Of a stretch of DNA of 29,944 bases, positions 1 through 7,030 are shown one piece after another. Each line of letters opens with the position of its first letter. Position 1 is the stretch's first letter. The notes below the pieces were generated by a model. It was given only the letters and a program-made list of their open reading frames with translations. It was not told the origin of the DNA and did no database searches. Made by a program: the position numbers and the translations under genes. Origin of the DNA: a virus (taxonomy: Duplodnaviria > Caudoviricetes); IMG/VR virus record IMGVR_UViG_3300012665_001024, positions 1-29,944 of that record. The stretch is one strand, 5' to 3'.

Positions 1-400
1 CAACTTTCTGTACGTTAATATAACCACTACCTCTACGTTCCATATCAACACCTTCATCAGCGCCAATATTTTTGCAGAGCTCTTTAAACCATTGATCAAC
101 AATAGCTTCTTCTGTTTCACCAAAGAAACCAGCTTGTCTTAATTGTACTATAAAATACTCGTTCCAGTCAAGTTCAAAAAACCCATTTCCTGGATCTTGT
201 GGATTAACATGAGTTTCCAAAACAGCTACCCACGGTTCCTTTTTAGCAGTTGCTTCGTCTTTTGGACTTGCGTAAACTTTTTTAACACGTGTCTTAGGAG
301 TAGGCTTAACTTCTGCTTCTACTTTTTTTGGTGCTGTTTTTCTTGGTGTTGCCTTTTTTTCTACTGCTGGCTTTTTAGCAGGTGTCTTTTTCGTTACCAT
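1..400 (-). CDS. Conserved phage hypothetical protein, partial (runs off the window edge), with Lys/Ala/Pro-rich N-terminus
   Basis: Translated manually: ATG at 400 overlaps the QueE stop (TAATG). MVTKKTPAKKPAVEKKATPRK...EPWVAVLETHVNPQDPGNGFFELDWNEYFIVQLRQAGFFGETEEAIVDQWF... stays open to position 1. Not in the supplied ORF track. Confidence 0.85.
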   Translation of the reverse strand, partial: MVTKKTPAKKPAVEKKATPRKTAPKKVEAEVKPTPKTRVKKVYASPKDEATAKKEPWVAVLETHVNPQDPGNGFFELDWNEYFIVQLRQAGFFGETEEAIVDQWFKELCKNIGADEGVDMERRGSGYINVQKV

Positions 401-1305
401 TAGGTTCCCCATGCGTTTCCAAATAGATCTACGTGTAATCGTGGGCTAAATTTATAACCCTTCTTCAAACATAGCTCTGCTACTTGGCGTGCAGTTTTTG
501 CCTGACCTTCTTGTGTTGCGCCACAAGGCATCAAGTAAACGTCACTAAAAATTTGTTTTTCTTTAAACTCTGCTACTGCTTTATCTACTTCTTCAACGTC
601 TTGATCATCTGATACAACAAACTTAAAGTAAAAATTACGACCAGGAAGTCCATAGTATTCGGCGGCAACATCTGGCTTAATTGCAGCCTCCCACTTTTCT
701 CCTGAGCAAGTTAACTTTGGACTGCAACTCCAAGTGAACTTGATTAAGTTTTCAACTGGACGAGTTGGACTAAAACTTAAATCCAACAGCGTTTGTACAA
801 AATCTGGTTTGAGACTATGTGTTGTATTTGTCTCAAACGTTACATTCTTAATATCGGCAAACTCTGGCTGTGTTAACAATGCACCAATTTGTTTTTGCCA
901 CATCATAGGCTCGCCACCAGTAATTACTAAATGTACGTCCTGACCGTTATCACACGTCCACTTTCCTTCTGGAGTCATTGCTGTAAGTTTTTTAGCAATT
1001 ACATCAACAGTATCCCAAGCGGCTAAATGCTTGTATTTTGCACTCCAGCTTGCACTTGTATCACAACCAATATTAGTTACTGGCAGTTCTTCAAAAGTCT
1101 TATATGCTTCGGGATGATCTGGATCTGCTTTCGGATCTATGTTATGTGGCATTTGTTCAATTGGAATATACTTTCCACGTTCTTGGCCAAACCCATGACA
1201 CTCAAAATTACAGCCAAATGTTCTAAAGAAAACACTTGGCACACCTACAAAGCGACCTTCGCCTTGTACACTATAAAACATTTCGCTATATCTAATTTTT
1301 TCCAT
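400..1305 (-). CDS. queE: 7-carboxy-7-deazaguanine synthase QueE (radical SAM) with a split Cys motif
   Basis: EMFYSVQGEG...G.PSVFFRTFGCN, GCDT, LVITGGEP, FETN, SPKL, C-terminal FSPRLHVDLFG. Cysteines C32, C36, C81. Context with folE, queD-like and dpdA. Confidence 0.9.
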   Translation of the reverse strand: MEKIRYSEMFYSVQGEGRFVGVPSVFFRTFGCNFECHGFGQERGKYIPIEQMPHNIDPKADPDHPEAYKTFEELPVTNIGCDTSASWSAKYKHLAAWDTVDVIAKKLTAMTPEGKWTCDNGQDVHLVITGGEPMMWQKQIGALLTQPEFADIKNVTFETNTTHSLKPDFVQTLLDLSFSPTRPVENLIKFTWSCSPKLTCSGEKWEAAIKPDVAAEYYGLPGRNFYFKFVVSDDQDVEEVDKAVAEFKEKQIFSDVYLMPCGATQEGQAKTARQVAELCLKKGYKFSPRLHVDLFGNAWGT

Positions 1306-1310
1306 AATAT

Positions 1311-1339
1311 ATTATACTACCTTTTTCTTTCTAAGTCAA
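1311..1339 (-). promoter_or_regulatory. sigma70-type promoter for queE (likely leaderless)
   Basis: TTGACT (1339-1334), 17 nt spacer, TATAAT (1316-1311). The ATG begins 6 nt after the -10 box and no Shine-Dalgarno is present. Confidence 0.8.
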
Positions 1340-1572
1340 AGTCTTTCGCTTAACAGTATACGACATAATTGCGCATCTTTTGGAGATTTGAAATCAAAAA
1401 ACATTGCATCGTGTGATGGTTTAGATTGATACCTGCCGCCAGGTAATCCAAATACTTCTAATACCATAGCACAGGTTTCATTCCACCAAAATCCGTTTTG
1501 ATTATCCCAAAGTACAATTACACGATTATCTGCAATCACACTTGTCTCTTCCTTGTCTACAATTTCCGCCAC
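1336..1572 (-). CDS. Hypothetical protein (start may be the GTG at 1539)
   Basis: 78-aa ORF on the coding strand filling the gap before queE; no recognisable motif. Confidence 0.7.
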   Translation of the reverse strand: MAEIVDKEETSVIADNRVIVLWDNQNGFWWNETCAMVLEVFGLPGGRYQSKPSHDAMFFDFKSPKDAQLCRILLSERL

Positions 1573-1654
1573 AGTTATTTGATCCTTTAAGAAACAACGC
1601 TATTAAAAATACTGCCAATGCCCAACCACAAATTGCTATTAACCATGTCAACAT
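1526..1654 (-). CDS. Small membrane protein with Cys-rich tail (42 aa)
   Basis: Manual translation MLTWLIAICGWALAVFLIALFLKGSNNCGGNCRQGRDKCDCR*: one TM helix plus a four-Cys tail. Below the ORF-track length cut-off. Confidence 0.7.
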   Translation of the reverse strand: MLTWLIAICGWALAVFLIALFLKGSNNCGGNCRQGRDKCDCR

Positions 1655-1657
1655 AAT

Positions 1658-1864
1658 TCATTCCGGCAATGGACTGAAACGTAATGTAAAACTTTCCAAG
1701 TAGCAACTATACTCCTTGCACTCGATAACTGGTTTATTATTCTTTGCATCTTCTCTATAATGAACCCACATGTGTCCATCATTTTCTACTACATCTAACA
1801 CAACAAACATTTTTTCCTTGCCGTCATGCCAGCGTGTGTTTGGTAATACAGTTTTATTAGTCAT
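1658..1864 (-). CDS. Hypothetical protein
   Basis: ATGA overlap with the PRT stop at 1861-1864 suggests a start at MTNKTVLP (the track extends it to 1876). Confidence 0.7.
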   Translation of the reverse strand: MTNKTVLPNTRWHDGKEKMFVVLDVVENDGHMWVHYREDAKNNKPVIECKEYSCYLESFTLRFSPLPE

Positions 1865-2358
1865 TTTGTCCACCACTCCTCATAAGGGAATTCAATCCAT
1901 ACATCGTCTTCTGCTTTGTTAACTTCTGTACCAACGTAATCCATTGTTGCACGACAATTACTTGAAAGGTTATCCACAATAACAGCAAATCGTACATTAA
2001 AGTTCCAAACAGTGTTCCACATTTTGTCATCTGGAAAACAGCCACTTGGCCAATCATTCATAATCCAATTTAATGTAGTGCCTTGATCGTTAATATCATC
2101 TACAATAAGAATATTCTTTCCATTAAATGCATCTTCAGCCATGCCTAGATTACTAACACATTCTCCGCCATCTCTTAGACTTACATCTAGCGACTGCATT
2201 GGAACATTTAAATAGTGACTAATCATTACAGCAGGAAGCAATCCGCCGCGGGTAAGACCTACAATATAATCTGGGCGCCAATCATCATTTGATATGTTTC
2301 TACAAATTTTATGTACTAACCCTTTGAATTCTTTATTACTTATTACGAGCTTCTTCAT
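1861..2358 (-). CDS. Type I phosphoribosyltransferase, xanthine-guanine PRT (Gpt)-like
   Basis: IVGLTRGGLLPA, PRPP loop ILIVDDINDQGTTL, C-terminal WIEFPYE (Gpt-like WIxxPW). Confidence 0.85.
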   Translation of the reverse strand: MKKLVISNKEFKGLVHKICRNISNDDWRPDYIVGLTRGGLLPAVMISHYLNVPMQSLDVSLRDGGECVSNLGMAEDAFNGKNILIVDDINDQGTTLNWIMNDWPSGCFPDDKMWNTVWNFNVRFAVIVDNLSSNCRATMDYVGTEVNKAEDDVWIEFPYEEWWTK

Positions 2359-2824
2359 ACTTGCCTTGTAAATATTCTTCGTTGTGGATCCAATAGTTAT
2401 TTTCTAAAAAACCCCATTCACGAGTTTGTGGACCAGGCATGAACAATGTCCATGCACTTATGTTGGGATCAATTTCAATTCTATGATAACTGGTAGCACT
2501 ACAAAAACGGAAATGCCCGGGACCACGCCAGTGTCGGGTCTCGCCAATTTTCTTACCATATGCAAACTCTGGAGTCCATTCATAATAGCCACCTTTTAGT
2601 ATAAGTGTAAAATATGGCCAGGGATGGTCATGTACATCACCAGGATCGCCCTTATGAAAGTTATGTAAGAATATATTAAATGGGAACCGTTTACGATCTT
2701 TTAAAAATAGGTAGTAACGTGTTAGTAACGGCTCATCACAAGTGCGATCCATTACTACACGTTTACGTCCACGTGACTCTAACCAGTTTAAAAATTTAGA
2801 ACGGAATGTCGTCATTTTCTTCAA
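2336..2824 (-). CDS. Cupin-fold metalloprotein
   Basis: HNFHKGDPGDVHDHPW...GGYYE...YHRIE...WTLF, a cupin HxH..E..H metal-ligand pattern. Confidence 0.7.
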   Translation of the reverse strand: MKKMTTFRSKFLNWLESRGRKRVVMDRTCDEPLLTRYYLFLKDRKRFPFNIFLHNFHKGDPGDVHDHPWPYFTLILKGGYYEWTPEFAYGKKIGETRHWRGPGHFRFCSATSYHRIEIDPNISAWTLFMPGPQTREWGFLENNYWIHNEEYLQGKYEEARNK

Positions 2825-3026
2825 TTACTTCATTTGATAAACAAATATGATAATCAATTAAAAAGTATTCCCAACTTTTGGCAAGTGCAGGATATTTTTT
2901 AATCATCTCGCTTAATCGCCAAGTACTAATTTCGTTAAGTCTTTTAGCAATATCTTGTTGTCTGTCCAAGTCACTGTCAGGGAATATGTCTTGTATAGTA
3001 ACTGGACCGTCATCGTATAAATTCAT
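2796..3026 (-). CDS. Hypothetical protein ending in an SSB-like DDIPF tail
   Basis: 76-aa ORF with TAATG coupling to folE; C-terminus ENDDIPF. Confidence 0.75.
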   Translation of the reverse strand: MNLYDDGPVTIQDIFPDSDLDRQQDIAKRLNEISTWRLSEMIKKYPALAKSWEYFLIDYHICLSNEVIEENDDIPF

Positions 3027-3763
3027 TATCGTGGAGCAAACTCTTGTTGCATTTTGATATTGTCAAAGAATTCTTTTTTAGCACTTGGGTCTGTTTTAAA
3101 AGATCCTTTAAGAACAGTAGTTTGTGTAAGACTACTGTGTGCCATAATTCCACGATTCTCACAGCAACCATGTGTTGCTTGAATATAAACGCCTAAGTTT
3201 TTTGCCCCTGTGGCTTTTTCGATCTCCCGAGCAATGTCATTACAAAGCTCCTCCTGGAGTGTACCTCGTCTTGCACACCACTGCGCAATACGTGTGTACT
3301 TGCTGAGTCCGATGAGTTTCTCGGCAGCAATAATACCAATATAAGCAACGCCAACAACGGGTTGGTGATGATGGCTACACATACTGCGAAGCTCACTACG
3401 AACAACCAACATACCTTCGTAACGGTCCTCCGAATCATTTGGGAAACAAGTTGCGTCTGGTGATGGTTCATATCTTCCTGCCATTATTTCATTAAAGTAC
3501 ATCTTGGCAAGCCTACGTGCCGTGCCTTTACTGTTAGGATCATTTTCACGATCAATTAGCAGTGCATCTAGAACTTTTTCAAATGCTTCTGTTGCTTCGT
3601 CGATTAAAATTTCTTTATCGTCTTCGCTAACATACTCGCTAATATTATCCCCAGCCCAAAAACGTTTATTTTCTCGTTTCATTTTAAAACGAATTACGTT
3701 TCCAAGATAAGTTTCCTCGTAGCCTTTATCGTCTATATTTTTGTATGTTACTGATTCGGTCAT
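3026..3763 (-). CDS. folE: GTP cyclohydrolase I (type IA)
   Basis: GTARRLAKMY, SMCSHH (Zn Cys/His), IGLSK, R..LQE, ATHGC, RG. AGGA Shine-Dalgarno. Confidence 0.95.
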   Translation of the reverse strand: MTESVTYKNIDDKGYEETYLGNVIRFKMKRENKRFWAGDNISEYVSEDDKEILIDEATEAFEKVLDALLIDRENDPNSKGTARRLAKMYFNEIMAGRYEPSPDATCFPNDSEDRYEGMLVVRSELRSMCSHHHQPVVGVAYIGIIAAEKLIGLSKYTRIAQWCARRGTLQEELCNDIAREIEKATGAKNLGVYIQATHGCCENRGIMAHSSLTQTTVLKGSFKTDPSAKKEFFDNIKMQQEFAPR

Positions 3764-3787
3764 TATAAATTCCTATACTAATATGTT

Positions 3788-3816
3788 ATTATACTTTATT
3801 TAGGATCAATAGTCAA
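3788..3816 (-). promoter_or_regulatory. sigma70-type promoter upstream of folE, with an embedded TAAATA
   Basis: TTGACT (3816-3811), 17 nt spacer, TATAAT (3793-3788). TAAATA at 3802-3797 lies within the spacer. Confidence 0.8.
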
Positions 3817-4106
3817 CTTTTCAAAGATTCCATAGTGATAATCTTGCCAATCTCTTTACCTAAGTCTTTATCGTCAGTGATAATATACAATCCATTATTG
3901 TGTCTATCAGTGCGCCTATCATATGTGCTGGTTTCAATAATTGTGCCACCACTTGCTTTGTACACTTTAAACTGTATATTGTTTGCATCTAGACCTGAAT
4001 GTCTACTAATAACTGCCGATGATTTCATTGATTGTTCCACATAGTTACTTTGGTTAAGGGCGAGTTTCTCTGCTTTACGCATTATCCATTTATCGAACCA
4101 GCTCAT
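3813..4106 (-). CDS. Hypothetical protein (97 aa)
   Basis: The likely start is MSWFDKWIM at 4106, right after the upstream stop, with GGAG upstream. The track's extension to 4271 overlaps the oxygenase gene. Confidence 0.75.
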   Translation of the reverse strand: MSWFDKWIMRKAEKLALNQSNYVEQSMKSSAVISRHSGLDANNIQFKVYKASGGTIIETSTYDRRTDRHNNGLYIITDDKDLGKEIGKIITMESLKS

Positions 4107-4107
4107 A

Positions 4108-4698
4108 TTAAAACTCCATATCTGCCGCCACAATAAATCTAAAATTATTAGATGTTGGCGCTGTTGGTCTGTGATATATATTGCTTGGATATATAATCCA
4201 AGAATACGGCGAAGGACGGACAAACACACGACTTGGATCATCCATACCATTTGGGGCAAACTCTGTTCCACTCATATCAAAGTTTAAAACATCTTCGGGT
4301 ATATGAAGATAAAGTATCCCAGAAATGGATTTATTTTGTTTTGTTAAATGATGTGTGTGCCATAAATCATCTCTATCTTCTACGATGGCATTTGAAGTCA
4401 TAAAACTCCAAGCTGAGATGTGTTTAATTTGAACTTCAGTTTTCAAATACATAAAACAACTAAAAATAAAACTCATTCTCAGTTTAAGCCAACAATCTTC
4501 ATGTCTACCAAATAAGTTTTCTTTAGTTTGAAATTTTGGACCATTTTCAAAATATCTACCGTCGTCAATAATTTCTTTAATAATTGACATGGCTTGTAGT
4601 TTGTCTTGCTCAGTAATAATTGAACTAAAGTCATATTTAGAAAATACGTCGTTAGATATGATAATATTATTTGACGTTGTCAAGTAATGCTCCTGCAC
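4108..4698 (-). CDS. Putative 2OG-Fe(II) oxygenase (phage HxH type)
   Basis: AWSF...LWHTH...SGILYL...GTEF...IIYPSNIYHRP...RFIVAAD, a double-stranded beta-helix pattern. Confidence 0.7.
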   Translation of the reverse strand: MQEHYLTTSNNIIISNDVFSKYDFSSIITEQDKLQAMSIIKEIIDDGRYFENGPKFQTKENLFGRHEDCWLKLRMSFIFSCFMYLKTEVQIKHISAWSFMTSNAIVEDRDDLWHTHHLTKQNKSISGILYLHIPEDVLNFDMSGTEFAPNGMDDPSRVFVRPSPYSWIIYPSNIYHRPTAPTSNNFRFIVAADMEF

Positions 4699-5761
4699 TA
4701 AAAAAGTACTCAGTTAAGTCTTGTGCTTGTTTTCTAATACTAGGCAGTCTTGTATGATAATTGTCCATGTGCTGTATAATTTCTCTACACAAGTCTGGTC
4801 TGTACACAGTGTATGCGTCAAACGATTCAGTCCATTTACTTGGATACTTAAATGTATCTGAATACATTTCTGTATAGCTAAGTCTATCAGGCACCATTGG
4901 GATAGCATCTACCACTGCACCTTCATAGCAACTAATACCCAGTGTTTCTTGCAAGTTAGCACTAAACACAATCTTAGCTTCGCCTAACAAATTATGATAT
5001 TCGTTCTTAGTCAGTTGTTGATCCTGACATACTACAAATTCATATTGTGGTAAATGCTCTTTTAAATCACGGAATATGTTAACTTGTTTTTCTGGAGCAA
5101 TACGATGTGGAAATAGAATAAGGTCACGTTTTGTCATACCTTTATAAGGAGTTAACGTATCGTCCATATACTCCATGGGCCAGCCTGTGCGTACAACCTT
5201 GTTGTTGAATAACGTATCGTCAAATACAGTCTTATACATACTTACTTTACGATCCGGATCTGGTTGGATCAAGTTTTCGTAAAACATGTGAATATGAAAG
5301 TCTGTGGCAAAGTAGTTGTGATCAAAAGCATGGTAGAAACTTTTTTCTGCATGCCTTACCCAAGGCTTATCTCCAACAAGACGTCCTAGAAAGTCCTGTG
5401 GATCATAGCTACCAGCATGCCATAGGCCATGTGTAGTTACTGGAATACCTAACAACTCACTCATGTACTTTAAGTTTATGATACCTGGGTGCCAAGCATC
5501 AGTAAAAATAAAGTGATCGCCGGGATGAACGGCTCCGTTACAAAATAACCGGCCCATTTGCTCAACTTGTCGAGCCTTGTATATATTGGTGCCACCAAAA
5601 TTAAGAAAAGCACCAGGAGTAGTGGCTGAAGGAATATCTTCAGGCCCAGATAGAACTTGAACATTATGCCCTCTCTTTCGAAGTAGACTAGGTACATGGG
5701 ACTTCCACTGTCCCGTGTACCTTGTGTCAACCGCTTCTAGATCAATTAGAAAAACGGTCAT
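4667..5761 (-). CDS. GT-B glycosyltransferase (GT4-like), resembling the GTDC1/QTMAN-DUF3524 group
   Basis: Likely start MTVFLIDLEAV at 5761 (364 aa). Motifs LILFPHRIAPEKQ and YHNLLGEAKIVFSANLQETLGISCYEGAVVDAIPMVPDRLSYTEM, with the E-x7-E signature E-TLGISCY-E. Confidence 0.85.
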   Translation of the reverse strand: MTVFLIDLEAVDTRYTGQWKSHVPSLLRKRGHNVQVLSGPEDIPSATTPGAFLNFGGTNIYKARQVEQMGRLFCNGAVHPGDHFIFTDAWHPGIINLKYMSELLGIPVTTHGLWHAGSYDPQDFLGRLVGDKPWVRHAEKSFYHAFDHNYFATDFHIHMFYENLIQPDPDRKVSMYKTVFDDTLFNNKVVRTGWPMEYMDDTLTPYKGMTKRDLILFPHRIAPEKQVNIFRDLKEHLPQYEFVVCQDQQLTKNEYHNLLGEAKIVFSANLQETLGISCYEGAVVDAIPMVPDRLSYTEMYSDTFKYPSKWTESFDAYTVYRPDLCREIIQHMDNYHTRLPSIRKQAQDLTEYFFSAGALLDNVK

Positions 5762-6026
5762 TGTTGTTATAACGAGGGTTTTTGCCTTGGTAAGGCTTAC
5801 GCTCGCCGTTATGGAACTTCGCGTTCCCGTTGCGGCCTTGATATTTGAAATTGCCGTGCTTGCGACGAGCAAAATCCTTATAGGCTTGGGACCTATACAT
5901 ATCGGTTGGATTAAAATCCAACAAGTTGAAACGACAGTGGTCGAGCCACTCCTCAAGATCATCAAAGATCTTCGATACTTCAGGCTTCATTTGAAGTGTT
6001 TTTTGAATATAGCCAGGAACAGCCAT
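5742..6026 (-). CDS. Hypothetical protein with basic Asn/Gly-rich tail
   Basis: 94-aa ORF with AAGGG upstream; fits the gene packing. Confidence 0.75.
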   Translation of the reverse strand: MAVPGYIQKTLQMKPEVSKIFDDLEEWLDHCRFNLLDFNPTDMYRSQAYKDFARRKHGNFKYQGRNGNAKFHNGERKPYQGKNPRYNNNDRFSN

Positions 6027-6038
6027 TTTATTAACCCT

Positions 6039-6458
6039 TTAGGTTTTAATTGATAGATAAGGACGGGTATTAGGAAACTTTAGGAAAGCCCCATTTTCAC
6101 CATCCTCGCTTACTTCTATCCAAACATCTCTATTTGGATATTTTGCGTTGATTGTCTCGTGTAAATCTCGAGCAATCATTTCGCAACTCTTATAGTCTAG
6201 CGACAAAACACCTTGTGCGCTAGAATACAACCCTTCAAGCCATCGCTTGAACTGGATAAATTCGATATCTCTGTCGTCGTGGGTAACACTGATGTAAACC
6301 CTAAAATGGAAAATATGACGATGAGGATAACCAAGAAACGATACATCATATTGATCTCCTGTTGCTAAGTTAGCATCTGTTAGTGCGGCTGGGTATTTAT
6401 GGATACCTTCTTTACGGAAGGTTACCCAAATCATGGATTCACTGTACGGTTGTGTCAT
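6039..6458 (-). CDS. QueD/PTPS-like T-fold protein (CPH4 synthase or a paralog such as a CDG decarboxylase)
   Basis: F...GIH.Y, PHRHIFHFRVYISV (HxH Zn motif, cf. QueD HGH), DIEF..FK..L, SCEMIA, WIEVSED. The Cys normally just upstream of the HxH is absent. Confidence 0.7.
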   Translation of the reverse strand: MTQPYSESMIWVTFRKEGIHKYPAALTDANLATGDQYDVSFLGYPHRHIFHFRVYISVTHDDRDIEFIQFKRWLEGLYSSAQGVLSLDYKSCEMIARDLHETINAKYPNRDVWIEVSEDGENGAFLKFPNTRPYLSIKT

Positions 6459-6978
6459 TTGTATATTGATCCCAATAAGTATAATGTTTCTTAGACATTA
6501 GGTCATGTAGTTGATGTGTCCATACGCCAGGGTTAGTTGCACCCCAAGTACGGTCATCTAGTTTAAGTGTTGCGTTGTAATTAAGTTGATTAATATAAGG
6601 TAGTTTAACACTAATCATAGGAACGAATTTTGGATATTCGTTATACGCAGATTCTAATACGCCTTCAATATGCTCAACACCAAAGTCTAGTGTTACCCAG
6701 TAGCCTGCTTTTAAACATCCTATAATAACTTCATCCCACGCTTGATATTCTTCGTTAGAAATAGATTTAGGATTAAAACTTTGACTAGTACCAAAGTAAA
6801 TGTGTTTAATACGCTTAGACTCATCCAAGTATGCTTGCGTATCATCTGCCTTACGCAAAATTTCTTCTATTGGAGGAGTACCTACAACAAACAAAGTAAA
6901 CATACCATAACAAACTGTATGTTCTACTTCGTATCCTGTAAAGTATGTAACTTGTTGACGTTCTTCTGTGTTCAGCAT
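6439..6978 (-). CDS. Conserved hypothetical protein of the deazaguanine cluster
   Basis: 179 aa (FTGYEVEHT, HIYFG..SF, LKLDD.TW.ATNPGVW); first gene behind its own promoter. Confidence 0.8.
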   Translation of the reverse strand: MLNTEERQQVTYFTGYEVEHTVCYGMFTLFVVGTPPIEEILRKADDTQAYLDESKRIKHIYFGTSQSFNPKSISNEEYQAWDEVIIGCLKAGYWVTLDFGVEHIEGVLESAYNEYPKFVPMISVKLPYINQLNYNATLKLDDRTWGATNPGVWTHQLHDLMSKKHYTYWDQYTNDTTVQ

Positions 6979-6984
6979 GTTTTA

Positions 6985-7013
6985 ATTATATACAATAAGT
7001 TATGTAATGTCAA
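6985..7013 (-). promoter_or_regulatory. Perfect consensus sigma70 promoter (likely leaderless transcript)
   Basis: TTGACA (7013-7008), 17 nt spacer, TATAAT (6990-6985). The ATG at 6978 is the 7th nt downstream. Confidence 0.88.
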
Positions 7014-7030
7014 TAATTTTGGTAAAATCA

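Noticed and set aside
4107-4271. 152-aa version of the 3813 ORF
   Set aside because: The extension lies inside the oxygenase gene. ATG 4106 follows the upstream stop and has GGAG upstream.
5762-5965. N-terminal extension of the glycosyltransferase ORF to 5965
   Set aside because: It overlaps the 94-aa gene in another frame. The GT-B fold begins naturally at MTVFLID (ATG 5761).
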